A stretch of 64,000 nt of DNA from Macrostomum hystrix (GCA_950097015.1 CATNEN010000005.1:4774001-4838000), one strand, 5' to 3'; numbered from the stretch's first letter, positions 38,040-51,772 are shown. The notes: a model not told the origin generated them from the sequence alone. A program made the numbers and translations.

Positions 38040-39190
38040 TATCTCTACCGCCCATTCTACCCCTTCCTCTCTCATTCTACCCCTTCCTCTCTCATTCCGC
38101 CCCCTCCTCTCTCATTCCGCCCCTTCCTCTCTCATTCCGCCCTACTCCACCCATCCGCCCCTTCTCCCGAATTCCGCCCCTTCCATCCCCATTCCGCCCC
38201 TTTATCTCTTATTCTGCCATACTCGCCCCCATCCCGTCCCTTCTCTCAAATTCCGCCCATTTCTCTCTCTTATTTTTCTATTAGTACAAAACAGTACACT
38301 GCTCACATGTACACAGGAGAGACAAGACACGGAAGAGATGAGACAGGGAGAGATGAGACACGGAAGAGATGAGACAGGGAGAGATGAGACACGGCTAGAT
38401 GAGACACGGGAGAGATAAGACACAGAAGAGATGAGACACGGGTAGATGAGACACGGGTAGATGAGACACGGGTAGATGAGACACGGGAGAGATGAGACAC
38501 TGAAGAGATAAGACAGGGAGAGATGAGACACAGGATCGGAGAGATGAGAAGGGGGAAATGAGATACGGGTGGATGAGACACGGGTAGATGAGACACGGGA
38601 GAGATGAGACACGGGTAGATGAGACACGGGTAGATGAAACACGGGTAGATGAGACACGGGAGAGATGAGACGCTGAAGAGATAAGACAGGAAGAGATGAG
38701 ACACAGGAGAGACAAAACACGGAAGAGATGAGACACGGAAGAGATGAGAAACTGAAGAGATGAGAAGAGGGAAATGAGATACGGGAGAGATGAGAAACTG
38801 AAGAGATGAGACACTGAAGAGATGAGACACTGAAGAGATGAGACACTGAAGAGATGAGACACTGAAGAGATGAGACAGGGAGAGATGAGACACTGAAGAG
38901 ATGAGACACTGAAGAGATGAGACACTGAAGAGATGAGACACTGAAGAGATGAGACACTGAAGAGATGAGACACTGAAGAGATGAGACACTGAAGAGATGA
39001 GACACTGAAGAGATGAGAAACTAAAGAGATGAGACACTGAAGAGATGAGACACTGAAGAGATGAGACACTGAAGAGATGAGACACTGAAGAGATGAGACA
39101 CTGAAGAGATGAGACACTGAAGAGATGAGACAGGGAGAGATGAGACACGGAAGAGATGGGACACGATGAGAGATGGGACACGGGTAGACT
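38040..39190. repeat. C-rich (ttccgcccc) tract followed by a GA-rich minisatellite (gagacactgaagagat / gagatgagacacgg)
   Basis: 38040-38270 is C-rich; 38310-39190 consists of GA-rich units. Intergenic. Confidence 0.9.
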
Positions 39191-39619
39191 ATGGTATTTT
39201 AGGCCTATTTGCTTAAGTCTTAAGTCTGTCTGCTCCGTACCAATATATCGTTGATTCCTTAAAATCTACTTCTCACGCTTGTCATTTGATTATTAGAATG
39301 ATTTTGTGAACAAAGTTTGCTTAAAGCAGGATCCTGTAGATAAGATAAAATACAATCTTGGCTGCTTTCAGTGTGCTTTTATATTTTTCCTGAGCGCTCA
39401 TCCGAGCTACTTCCAGACCCTTGCTCTGTTTGCATTTTTACGAGAAAGAAAACAGGGCTGGTTGAAATTGGTGGACAAATCTGATAAAACAGGTTTGTTT
39501 GCTAACTTCTTGATTAATTAAGGAGCATATTTAGGGACTAAGAAGTAAGTGCCTAGGACAAATTACTGAATTTAGATTCTCAAAAGACAATTCTACACCA
39601 CACCAGACCTTCGGTTTTC

Positions 39620-40050
39620 AGTTCCGATTTCCAGTTCCGAAACCCTCAGAATTCCAGTTCCGAAACCCTCAGATTTCCAGTTCCGAAACCCTCAGTTTCC
39701 AGTTCCGAAACCATCAGATTTCCAGTTCCGAAACCCTCAGTTTTCTAGTTCCGAAACCCTCAGAATTCCAGTTCAGAAACCCTCAATTTTCCAGTTCCAA
39801 AACCCTCAGTTTCCAGTTCCGAAACCCTCAGATTTCCAGTTCCGAAACCCTCAGTTTCCAGTTCCGAAACCCTCAGTTTCCAGTTCCGAAACCCTCAGAA
39901 TTCCAGTTCCGAAACCCTCAGTTTCCAGTTCCGAAACCCTCAGTTTCCAGTTCCGAAACCCTCAGAATTCCAGTTCCGAAACCCTCAGTTTCCAGTTCCG
40001 AAACCCTCAGAATTCCAGCTCCGAAACCCTCAGAATTCCAGTTCCGAAAT
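39620..40050. repeat. 22/23-bp minisatellite (gttccgaaaccctcagtttcca)n
   Basis: Tandem units seen directly. Confidence 0.93.
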
Positions 40051-40871
40051 CGTCAGTTCATGCTCTGCTATTCGCCAAATAAAAGTTCATATTGTTCAAG
40101 AAGCATGACGGCCACATGACCCTTTGGTATCCGATTGCACAGTGAAGTGTCTTCTAATTAATTTAGTATTCACTTATGTAAATATTTACCTGCAGATCAA
40201 GCACCTGTATCAAATTGGTTTTCTGTTTCCAGACAAGCTCTTGTCTGTGTGGTCGGTAGGTACAAAAAGACACACTTCATATTATCAATGCTATTGATTT
40301 CTACTTGTAATTTCTTTGGAATAAAAAAGTTAGCTTGCAGATCATACTACTTAGTTACTATCGGTAAAAATATTCTGTTCCACATTTGGCAGTCGTGCAT
40401 AACAAACAAGCTTTTAGTCAGCAGTTTTGGAAATAGATAGGGCTGTATAGATAAGAACATCGAAATGTACCTGTACCTTCCAGCTTTTAAACACTGTTAC
40501 GAATTTCGGGCTAGATACTATTAGCAAAATTGTATTTTGTTTATTCGATTACAAAAACTTGGATTTTCGACAATCGGCTTATATTGAAACACTTTTAAGG
40601 AGGCGGTTTTTGTTAAACTTCTTGTGTGGTCAGGGCCGCGGGTTTGTCGGCAAGCTCAGTTTACCTCAGACACGTGGCGCCATCGAGTTTTGAAATCTGC
40701 TGGCTTACCGGCTCTTCCTGCATGTTTTAGATGCGAATATAATGCTTAATTTTAGCCTGTTGCGTGTAGCACTGATTTAGAATGATGGAAGATTTTAATA
40801 CTAGTCAGCTGTGTGACAGGCTTCTATAAATTGCATGGCATTAAATTAAAAAACAAGTATTACAATTGTAA

Positions 40872-41960
40872 CACTGACATTCTGACATTCTGACATTTGA
40901 CATTCTGACATTCTGACATTCTGACATTCTGACATTCTGACATTCTGACATTCTGACATTCTGACATTCTGACATTCTGACATTCTGACATTCTGACATT
41001 CTGACATTCTGACATTCTGACATTCTGACTTTCTGACATTCTAAACTTCAGACATTCTGAGGTTCTGACATTCTAAACTTCAGACATTCTGAGGTTCTGA
41101 CATTCTAAACTTCAGACATTCTGAGGTTCTGACATTCTAAACTTCAGACATTCTGAGGTTCTGACATTCTAAACTTCTGACATTCTGAAGTTCTGAAATT
41201 CTAGCATTCTGACTTTCTGACATTCTGACATTCTGACATTCTGACATTCTGACATTCTGACTTTCTGACATTCTGGAATTCTGACATTCTGAAATTCTGG
41301 CACTCTGACTTTCTGACATTCTAAACTTCAGACATTCTGAGGTTCTGACATTCTAAACTTCTGACATTCTAGCATTCTGACATTCTGACATTCTGACATT
41401 CTGACATTCTGACATTCTGACATTCTGACATTCTGACATTCTTAGATTCTGACATTCTGACATTCTGACATTCTGACATTCTGACATTCTGACATTCTGA
41501 CATTCTTAGATTCTGACATTCTGACATTCTGACATTCTGACATTCTGGAATTCTGACATTCTGACATTCTGACATTCTGACATTCTGACATTCTGACATT
41601 CTGACATTCTGACATTCTTAGATTCTGACATTCTGACATTCTGACATTCTGGAATTCTGACATTCTGACTTTCTCACATTCTGACATTCTTAGATTCTGA
41701 CATTCTGACATTCTGACATTCTGACATTCTGACTTTCTGGCATTCTGACTTTCTGGCATTCTGACTTTCTGGCATTCTGACTTTCTGGCATTCTGACTTT
41801 CTGACATTCTAAACTTCTGACGTTCTAAGCTTCTGACATTCTAGCGTTCTGACATTCTAAACTTCAGACATTCTGAGGTTCTGACATTCTAAACTTCTGA
41901 CATTCTAAACTTCTGACATTCTAGCATTCTGACATTATAAACTTCTGACATTCTGACATC
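40872..41960. repeat. 8-bp satellite (ctgacatt)n
   Basis: Tandem units with derived variants; source of the MSECQNVR ORFs. Confidence 0.95.
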
Positions 41961-42442
41961 TTTAAGTTATCGTGCCTAATGCTTTTCCGACAAGCCAAAG
42001 GGATTGTATGAAATACAACGTGGACAGTATATTTGTTATAAACAAAGTAGTTTTGATTCGCATATATATAAAGAAATCAGAATTCTTTAGCACGATTTTC
42101 GCATGTAAATTAATGCTCGCTTTTTTTAGCATTTTATCAATTCATACCACAATTGACTGCATAAAAATTGATCAGATGACAAAAAACTAAGAGCTTAAAG
42201 CTACACAATCACTTTTTTTTCTGTAAAAAATTGTTTTACAAATCTTGTTCCTGTTACAAAACAATTTACAGCACTTTTAAGAAAATTGCAATAGTTAGTC
42301 ATGCTTAAAAAGTTCGAGCCTTTGAAGAGAATATGGCAAAGTATAAATATTAGGTTTATTTTAATTACGATCTGATGTACAGTAGAAATTAATGTGGCAT
42401 AACATATAATTATCATACCATACTAATACGTATATCTAATAG

Positions 42443-43055
42443 ATTGCAGACAGCACTGTAACAGCTACCTCTGTCTGTCTAACAGATTTTTAGGCAGCAC
42501 TGTAACAGCTACCACTGTCTGTCTAACAGATTTTTAGACAGCACTGTAACAGCTACCACTGTCTGTCTAACAGATTTTTTAGACAGCACTGTAACAGCTA
42601 CCTCTGTCTGTCTAACAGATTTTTAGACAGCACTGTAACAGCTACCACTGTCTGTCTAACAGATGTTTTAGACAGCACTGTAACAGCTACCACTGTCTGT
42701 CTAACAGATTTTTTAGACAGCACTGTAACAGCTACCTCTGTCTAACAGATTTTTAGACAGCACTGTAACAGCTACCTCTGTCTGTCTAACAGATTTTTAG
42801 ACAGCACTGTAACAGCTACCACTGTCTGTCTAACAGATTTTTTAGACAGCACTGTAACAGCTACCTCTGACTGTCTAACAGATTTTTAGACAGCACTGTA
42901 ACAGCTACCTCTGTCTGTCTAACAGATTTTTAGACAGCACTGTAACAGCTACCACTGTCTGTCTAACAGATTTTTTAGACAGCACTGTAACAGCTACCTC
43001 TGACTGTCTAACAGATTGAAGACAGCACTGTAACAGCTACCACTGTCTGTCTAAG
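42443..43055. repeat. 44-bp minisatellite (agacagcactgtaacagctacctctgtctgtctaacagattttt)n
   Basis: About 14 tandem units. Confidence 0.93.
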
Positions 43056-43185
43056 GGGTGTAAGAATGACGTGTAAAGCATCATATTAGAGTAACAGTGA
43101 CAAGATCAAAAGCAAATTCAATTGCAAAACATATTTGTATCAAACACAGGTTAACTGTTTGAAAATGGGGCTGAGAGCATTGACC

Positions 43186-45998
43186 TTATTCCAAATTGTT
43201 TTCATTGCACCCGGCTATGACATTGCTTACTGAATCTATGGGCTCTAGCTGCTGCTGCTGCTGCTGCTGATGATTTAACAACGGCTGCTGCTGCTGTTGC
43301 TGCTGCTTCAGCGGCATTGGCAGGCTGAAATCCCCGCAGTCCGAGAAGCCGCCGCACTGGGACGACGGACCCCGGCCGCTGGGCGTCCTCCGCCCGCAGC
43401 TGAGACCTGACAGCCGGCTGCACATTATCGACGGCCGATGATGATTGTGGCAGAATGACTGATGACTTGAGCACTCTCTGCTCAACTGTTCGTATCGCTC
43501 CTGCAGTCTAGCCAGGCGAATCTTCAATCGATGACAGACGGCCAAGGAGACGAGCAGCAGAAGCAAGGCAAACAGAACAGTGCAGCCAAGAGCTATCAGC
43601 AGCCACACGGCCGGGTCTGATGTACTTCCAGATGCTGCTGCGGCACTCAGGCGTGTGAATAGGCGACAGTCGGCTTGCAATGGTGCTGTACCTTGGCTTG
43701 GACACGTGGCTGCTGTGGCTTCTGGTTGTGCCTTCGCTGCTGTCGTTGTTACTGCTGCTGCTGCTCCTGGTGCTGTCGTCTTTGTTGTTGCTCTTTGAGC
43801 AGACGGCACATCTTCGGCCCTAGCAACGGCTATATTCGTAGCTTCCAATGGCTTAGCAGCGCATTGTGTTGCTAATGTCACCTGGAAAATTAAACTTAAT
43901 TTTCTATGAATAATAGAAAGGCTTCTAAACTCATGAGACACTGTACATGGTTTTGACGGGTTGCCTTTCAGGGGCTGCAGTTAGTCATCAATTGATCATC
44001 AGAAGGTTGAAATGTCTTTAGTGGTTGGAATGGATCATCCGTCATTGGTCATTAACTAATATAGACTTGGTCATCAGTGGTAAAATTGGTGATCATTAGG
44101 TTTGAGACATTCATGGGCTGAAAGGGTCATTAGAGGTTAGAATCGGTCATCAGTGGATTGGATTGGTCATCAGTTGGATAGGATTGGTCATCAGTTGGAT
44201 AGGATTGGTCATCAGTGGATAGGATTGGTCATCAGTGGATAGGATTGGTCATCAGTTGGATAGGATTGGTCGTCAGTTGGATAGGATTGATCATCAGTGG
44301 ATAGTATTGATCATCAGTGGATAGGATTGATCATCAGTGGATAGGATTGATCATCAGTGAATAGGATTGATCATCAGTGGATAGTATTGGTCATCAGTGG
44401 ATAGGATTGATCATCAGTGGATAGGATTGATCATCAGTGGATAGTATTGATCATCAGTGGATAGTATTGATCATCAGTGGATAGGATTGATCATCAGTGG
44501 ATAGAATTGATCATCAGTGGATAGGATTGATCATCAGTGGATAGGATTGATCATCAGTGGATAGGATTGATCATCAGTGGATAGGATTGATCATCAGTAG
44601 ACAGAATGGGTCATCAGAGGTTTGAATTGGTCAATTTGCAATGCCAACCTGACAACTGTTGAAGGTCACGACCAGATGAGCGGAGCTGCCCAGGCAACGG
44701 TGTCGGTGAGCTTCTCGACAGACGCTGGAGTCGGCAGTCGACGGAGCGCAGCCGGCGAAGTGTAGCAGGACGGTGACATTTTCTGGTCCGCACAGGCCGT
44801 CAGCTGAGCTGGGCAGGTAGGCAAACAGGACATTGTGTCGCAGGTCGATGATGCTCAACTGTCTGTTGGATTCGAAGGCTCGCTCCAGACTGCTCAGCGT
44901 GCGGAACCGGTTGCGCGGCGCGTGCAGCTCAAACAGGCTCGAGGCGCCCTTGCGGCAGGCGACGGGTTTTTGTGAGGGGACGAATTTGTTTAACTGGGTG
45001 CCGAAATTTTCTCGGAAAGGGGAGGAAGGGGCGGAATTGGGGAGCAAGGGCGGAATGGGGGAGTTAGGGGCGGAATGGGGGAGGATGGGGCGGAATGGGG
45101 GAGGAAGGGGCGGAATGGTGGAGGAAGGGGCGGAACGGGGGAGGAAGGGGCGGAACGGGGGAGGAAGGGGCGGAATGGGGGAGGAAGGGGCGGAATGGGG
45201 GAGGAAGGGCGGAATGGGGGAGGAACGGTGAAGGAAGGGAGAATTACACGGAAAATGAGAGAAAGTGGCGGAAAAGTAATACGTTGGGGATAGGGCGGTA
45301 TAAAAGGAGGAAGGCGCGGAATGGACGAAGAATTGTGCCATAGAGGATGCAGGGGAGCAGGGAGGGTGGCGAGCCTTGAATAGGGCATCCTCAGCCTCAT
45401 CCACATGAGGTCTCACCTGAAGCGCCAGAGGTCCCAGCTGTCCCAGTATGTTTCCGCTGAGCTTCAGGACACGCAGCTTGGTGCAGGCGGCCAGAAATCG
45501 GTCCGGCAGCGCCCCAATTTGGTTGTCGCTGAGGTCCAGCAGCTCGAGACTGTCGCACTCTGACAGGGCTTCCGGATTGAGGTCCGAGATTCGATTCCTG
45601 ACCAAGACGAGCTCTCGCAGGCCTCGGCGGCAAACGTTGTCGCCGAGTCGTTGAACTGCGCCATCCTGAATCTCCAGCTTTCTCAGTCCGGGCAGCTGGG
45701 CCGTGTGGCCCGACTCGAGCTCGGGACCTCCCCAGCCGGTTATTTTTAGCTGTAGAATCGAGCCGCAGTCTCTGAGACCTCGGCCGGACTCAGAGGGCCA
45801 GGAGGTGGCGTTGTCCTGGAACTTCAACAGCAGAGCGACCGCGCCCGGAGCACAGCTGATGCTGAGGTCTCCTCGACTGCTCAGCAGGCAGAACTGGGAG
45901 CCGGTACGAGTTGAGCACGGCGTTTGAGACTGACTCAAAACTAGCGAAAATTTAAGCAGTAAAACTAGCAGCCCTAGGTCTAGCCAGTTTGACTTCAT
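43186..45998 (-). CDS. LRR single-pass transmembrane protein, paralogue 2 (3 exons)
   Basis: Exons 45417-45998, 44649-44993, 43186-43881 (phase 0). Signal peptide, LRR region nearly identical to paralogue 1, Thr/Ala-rich stalk, TM helix (VWLLIALGCTVLFALLLLLVSLAVC) and a poly-Q tail. Confidence 0.88.
44150..44600. repeat. 20-bp minisatellite (ggataggattgatcatcagt)n in the paralogue-2-specific intron
   Basis: Tandem units inside intron 43882-44648. Confidence 0.92.
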
Positions 45999-46671
45999 TA
46001 TTATTGTGTTTTATTCGATTCTAGTATTCAGTGGCTCACTGTCGTGGTAGATTTCACGTGCTTGCAGTTTAAAAAGCGAGTTTATCAGTATCCTTTATCC
46101 TCTCATTGGCTGGAACGCTGGTTGGCTGTCTGGCAGTTTGTTGAAACCGACACCCACCCCGGCCTCCTCCAACGGCCCCTGTCGTCTCGTTCAGTCGAAC
46201 CTGTCATTTATCAGCCAGGTTTTTTTTAAAGCTTGGTTTCTTGCGTGGGTGTTGTTTTAATGGTCCTCAAAGTTGTTAAATCTTCAGTTCTTTTTCCTGT
46301 CGTTATCAGTTGACAGTTGCTTATCTAGGCAAAAACTTTCAAATGGAAACTCTTTTATCCGTTTTTTGTTCTACTTTTATTTTTTATGGACTGCTTAGGT
46401 GGGCATTATCAATTTTACAGTTGGTTATGGCTCTTTTTATTTATTTAAAAATCAATCAGAACAACATTTCATTAAACTAAATTTTCCGGAAATCATTATT
46501 TTGAAAGTTCTAAACGGATTTTTTACCGGAGAATTTCGCTATTTATTTCTCAGTCCAAGGACAAACTTGTGCAAAGAATAATAAAAAGTAAAAATGAAAT
46601 CCTATATTTCAAGAAAAAAATTCAGGACATACTCGTAGAAGCTAATTCAGAAATTGAAATGTCAAGAGAGG

Positions 46672-47255
46672 GATGTTCAGGAGTGGAATGTTCAGGAGAG
46701 GAATTTTCAGGAGAGGAATGTTCAGGAGAGGAATGTTCAGGAGAGGAATGTTCAGGAGAGGAATGTTCAGGAGAGGAATGTTCAGGAGAGGAATGTTCAG
46801 GAGTGGAATGTTCAGGAGAGGAATGTTCAAGATAGTTCAGGAGAGGGATGTTCAGGAGAGGAATGTTCAGAAGTGGAATGTTCAGGAGTGGAATGTTCAG
46901 GAGTGGAATGTTCAGGAGAGGAATGTTCAGGAGAGGAATGTTCAGGAGTGGAATGTTCAGGAGTGGAATGTTCAGGAGTGGAATGTTCAGGAGAGGAATG
47001 TTCAAGATAGGGATGTTCAGGAGAGGGATGTTCAGGAGAGGGATGTTCAGGAGAGGGATGTTCAGGAGAGGGATGTTCAGGAGAGGGATGTTCAGGAGTG
47101 GAATGTTCAGGAGTGGAATGTTCAGGAGTGGAATGTTCAGGAGAGGAATGTCCAGGAGAGGAATGTTCAAGATAGGGATGTTCCGGAGAGGAATGTTCAG
47201 GGGAGTAATGTTCAGGAGTGGAATGTTCAGTAGAGGAATGTTCAAGGAAGGGATG
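46672..47255. repeat. 15-bp minisatellite (gaatgttcaggagag)n
   Basis: Tandem units. Repetitive ORFs in several frames and both strands are artefacts. Confidence 0.94.
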
Positions 47256-47339
47256 TTGGTCTACATTGCCGAGCCTTCTCTCGGTGGTTGCGCTCTAAAA
47301 GAATGTGGCCTCGATCCGGATTTGAGCTCGATACGAGTA

Positions 47340-47695
47340 TAATAATAATTATAATTGCAGGAGGGCTGCGGGCACATCATTTAGTGACACTAGACCCGCA
47401 GCCAGCGAGGATGCAATTCTGCCCATTCCACTGACTCCTGAGAACAACTCACGCAAATATATACAGTACGCGGGCACACACTCACACAGGTGTGTACATC
47501 TGCACTGACTCTCTTATCGTCAGGCAGTGTACACTCTCACTGTGCCTTGGAGGTTGGCCCTCAAGGGCGTAAATTGCACGACAAGCCCCCAAAGCCTTCT
47601 CTCCGCGGCTGCACTCCAAATAAATGTGGCCTCGTCGCGGAATCGAGCTTAGTGACCTTGGTGTGAGAGGCGAACCGCTCTGCCACTCACCCCGT
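47340..47695 (-). mobile_element. SINE family B, near full length
   Basis: Matches 37405-37760, with an (ATT)n tail at 47340. Confidence 0.87.
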
Positions 47696-47744
47696 CAGCT
47701 TTTAAATTCAAAGTTGGTCGTTTCACAACAAAGGTACTAATAAT

Positions 47745-48020
47745 AACTATTATTAATAATAATTGATTGCACCTGCCCCAATCGGGTCAGACGTGCAGCC
47801 GACAGCACAGCCGCAGCTATTGCGCGGCGCATCTGAAGGCTGCGTACAGCTGTTCAGTCCATGGACACCACACCCACCTTCACTTATCCCACAGCTGATA
47901 TTGGAACCCATTTAACAGCTGGGTGAACTGAAGCAATCCAGAGTTAAGTGTCTTGCTAAAGGACACAAATCATTCCAGTGGAGTCGGGAATCGAACCCCC
48001 GACCTTCAAGCCGTGAGTCC
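47745..48020 (-). mobile_element. SINE family A with small internal deletions
   Basis: Matches 34255-34572. Confidence 0.85.
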
Positions 48021-48758
48021 GACGCCTAGGCTACAACCTACAAGGCACTAATACATTGTCACAAAACCTTCTTACTCGATCCACAAGGTCCTGATACTCT
48101 GCAATATTCTAATGAGCATTACATGTTACATTCGCATTTCTTGTTATAATTAATCCATCTATCAACTTGTTCCTTATCAAGTTTGACCGCATAAATAATT
48201 ACTGCCAAATCCATCAGGGCCAACAGCTTGTTGATGACGCAACCACTCACTCCCCATGGGGATCAAGTTTTTTTTGTAGACGCGCTACGAGTATATAGGA
48301 AAATGCAGCAATGACTGATGCATGATTGAGGATTTCTTGGATTCTTTCGCGTTCGCGGGTCAAGAGGGATTTTTGGGAGAAATCAAGCCTAGACTAGACT
48401 TAGGGATTTTTTAGAATTACAACACGCTGTCAACAGGAGAATAATGATCGATTTCGACAGCTTCTGTCAAGCTTATAAAGGCTGAAAAACAATTTGAATG
48501 GCATTTAACGAAGACCAACAGATGTAAACAAAGACTTGATTAGCTCTGCTAGATAGTTTAAAATATATCTGGTTTGTAAAGATAAGAATGTTGAGACGAA
48601 TTTCAGTTTAAAAAAAAATTTTTACAATGTCATCGGTAGTTAGGATATAAATTACGCATCATTAACTCCTTCGAAAAATCGATTTGAACAACCTTTTAAC
48701 CTTCAGCTTGAATTCACGGTGGTTCCGTTGCGGGCTGCCTTACAATGAGAAAGTCAGG

Positions 48759-48823
48759 TTAGGCTTAGAGTTAGGGTTAGGTTTAAAGTTAGGGTTAGGG
48801 TTAGGGTTAGGGTTAGGGTTAGG
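48759..48823 (+). repeat. Interstitial telomeric repeat (TTAGGG)n
   Basis: Five perfect TTAGGG units at 48789-48818 plus degenerate flanking units. Confidence 0.85.
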
Positions 48824-49700
48824 CTTTCCTGAATCGCCTCCTCGATAGAGCCATAAACATAAGAATATCGCTTTCACTACATGATGCTGGATTTTCTATT
48901 TTGTAGCGGCCATTGTTGAAACTATAATGAAATAAAAAACGTTTATTCATGTGGGCTTTCAATCAATTCTCGTTCAGAAACACCTATGTGGAAACAAATT
49001 ATTTACAATTTTCCGATTTCACAAAAGAAATAAACTGAACATTCTTAATTCAACCAGTCAATCAGTTCAAGAGCTATCAGTCACGATAGAAATAAGCATG
49101 CAAGATTCACAACAGTGAACCACTTTCGCTCATTTTAGTTTTACCTAAACAGACTTGTAGAGCATTGTGTGAGGCTTTGCTTTGCTTAGTTTAAAAGGTC
49201 CTTGAGATTCCTTTTACCTTAACGATCAATGAGAATTCGCATGCAATGGCACTTGATTTCTGGGAAAAAGCAGCAGAACTCACTGACCATTTCCTTTGGT
49301 TTAGTCGCCAATTCCGAATGGTTACGCAACATTTTAAATAGACAAAACCACCGTAGCGAATTGCGCAACGCCTTAATTAAGAAGGAAGTTGCAGTGACCA
49401 CAAACTGATTCAAAGCTTAGAGCTTAGCTGGCAGATTAAATTGGAGGTCAGTATTCTGTATATTTAAAGTATTGGAGGGTGAATGACTTAAGAATGACGA
49501 AATACAGCGGAGGGATTTCATTTTGACTATCGAATTTGGAATCTTGCTTTATCAACTGATTCCTCAGGGACATTGGGTCGGATTAAAAATGCTAGCGCTT
49601 TATTTTTATATATAAATTTTGCTCTGTCTCGGGAGAATTGCAAATCAAATATCGGAGTTAGACAATGCTCTCTAGGCTTGATTGATTTTAACATCTATAT

Positions 49701-49962
49701 GGGGGGTCGGTGGCAGAGCGGTTAACGCGTTTGCCTCTCGCACCACGGTCCCAAAGTTCGATTCCACGGCGAGGCCACATTTATTTGGTGCGCAGCCGCA
49801 GAGAGAAGGCTTTGGGGGCTTGTCGTGCAATTTACGGCCTTGACGCACAGTGAAATGTACACTGCTTGACGATGAGAAAGACAGGGCAGATGTACACAGA
49901 TGTACACAGTACACAGTACAAGTACAGGGCTGATGTACTTGTGTGAGCGTGTGTTTCCTGTG
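49701..49962 (+). mobile_element. SINE family B, 5' and central part
   Basis: ggggtcggtggcagagcggtt..gttcgattccacggcgaggccac..gatgagaaag. Confidence 0.85.
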
Positions 49963-50700
49963 TTTCGCTATTTTTGTTTTCAGTAAAAAAAGTGCTAGTT
50001 TCTGAGATTTTTTAAACTTAAATAAAAAATCAGATGCTAAAAAATTTGGAACAAAATTATTTTAGTCGATCTCAGGGTCATGACCTTTGAATCCCACTAT
50101 TTAGTCATTCAATTCTTCCCGACATTTTTTCTTGGAATTTCATATTTCAAAAAGAAACTTATTTTGTCGTTAATTTTCGTGACTTTCTAATTTGCTTCGC
50201 TTCAGTAAATTTTGAATATTAAACAATACAGGAAACTCGGTTTGATATTGTAGATATAAGAAGCAAATAGTGATCAGCAGTCAATCATCAAGTTAAAAAA
50301 CCCGAGTTTCATCCTAATTTCGCTCTTGAGTCGTTCCCATGCTTATTAACTTCTTTCTTTGGAGATCAAGTGACACAACTGTTGCGCAACATTCGATTCG
50401 CCAGAAACAACGCGAATTGGCTGAGAATTTAATTTCTGGAATTCTATGAAATTTTAGCCCCATTGTGCCAAGAACAGATGGCACGGGATTGTATAGTGGA
50501 GTCATTGATCATCTGGAAAATGAACAATTTTTTTCTTAAACTGACCTACACCTTCTCCAGCAAGCCAGTCTTAATTAAAAGCGTTCATTATTTTGTAGAA
50601 TTTTATACGGCATTATAGCTCGTACACTTCTCAGATGCTCCGTGTGCTACTTACAATAGTCATGATAAAGCGGTTTTTTAGAATTAAATAGGTTATTATT

Positions 50701-50928
50701 GTCGGGGGTTCGATTCCCGACTCCACTGGAACAATTTGAGTCCTTTAGCAAGACACTTAACTCGGCATTGCTTCAGTTCACCCAGCTGTTTAATTGGCAC
50801 CAGCATCAGATAGGCTAATTGAAGGTGGGTGTGGCGTCCCCCCAGTCCATGGACTGAACAGCTGCACGCAGCCTTCAGATGCGCCGCGCATTAGCTGCGG
50901 CTGTGCTGTCGGCTGCACACCTGGCCCA
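50701..50928 (+). mobile_element. SINE family A, truncated at both ends
   Basis: gtcggggttcgattcccgactccactggaac..ggctgcacacctggccc. Confidence 0.85.
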
Positions 50929-51414
50929 ACTACGGTAGAGTTAAGTTCCATTCCCATCGTATCTACCTATCTTTAATACGATTACTCAATACTAAATGCT
51001 CTACTTCGAGTAGTCTATATTGTAACTTCGAGAACCAAAGCCATTGCTGCTCTAATTTCACATAAAATGTGTCTGAGGCCAGTCAGATGTGAACTTTTAT
51101 TGACACCCGGCTTTCTGTCCGATATAGAAAATTGCTTAGTGACAACTGGCTAGTTTATTTAACAAATCCAAACGAAAATTATGAAACGTGACTTTTAGGT
51201 GAAAGAATGGTATTTCGCCGTTCACATTATTTTATCTGAGTGACCTTTTCTTCCTAATGTTCGTTGTTTTTTTCGTTGGCTTTCACATTCTCCCCTCGCT
51301 TGGGGAAATTTTCGTGCCATTGCTTCGCTCTAAGATGCACTTTAGCGCCAAATATGGCTTTCAGAAAAATCCGGATTATTTGTAAGACCTCTTTAGGTCA
51401 GCATTCACAATCAA

Positions 51415-51529
51415 ATATCAATCTATCAATCTATCTATCTCTCTATCTATCAATCTATCTATCTTTCTATCTATCTATCTATCAATCTATCAATCTATCT
51501 ATCTCTCTATCTATCAATCTATCTATCTT

Positions 51530-51616
<87 letters not shown>

Positions 51617-51633
51617 CTCTATCTATCTATCTC

Positions 51634-51716
<83 letters not shown>

Positions 51717-51741
51717 CTCTATCTATCTCTCTATCTATCTC

Positions 51742-51772
<31 letters not shown>

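Noticed and set aside
49855-49895. Possible hammerhead ribozyme in SINE B (CTGACGA-tga-GAAA in the consensus)
   Set aside because: Only 3 nt separate CUGANGA from GAAA, so stem II cannot form. The segment folds simply as the hairpin ctgcc-tgac/gtca-ggcag.
49219-50505. Small ORFs 49219..49413 and 50314..50505 as exons of a gene
   Set aside because: No recognisable motif, and no consistent splice phase could be built.
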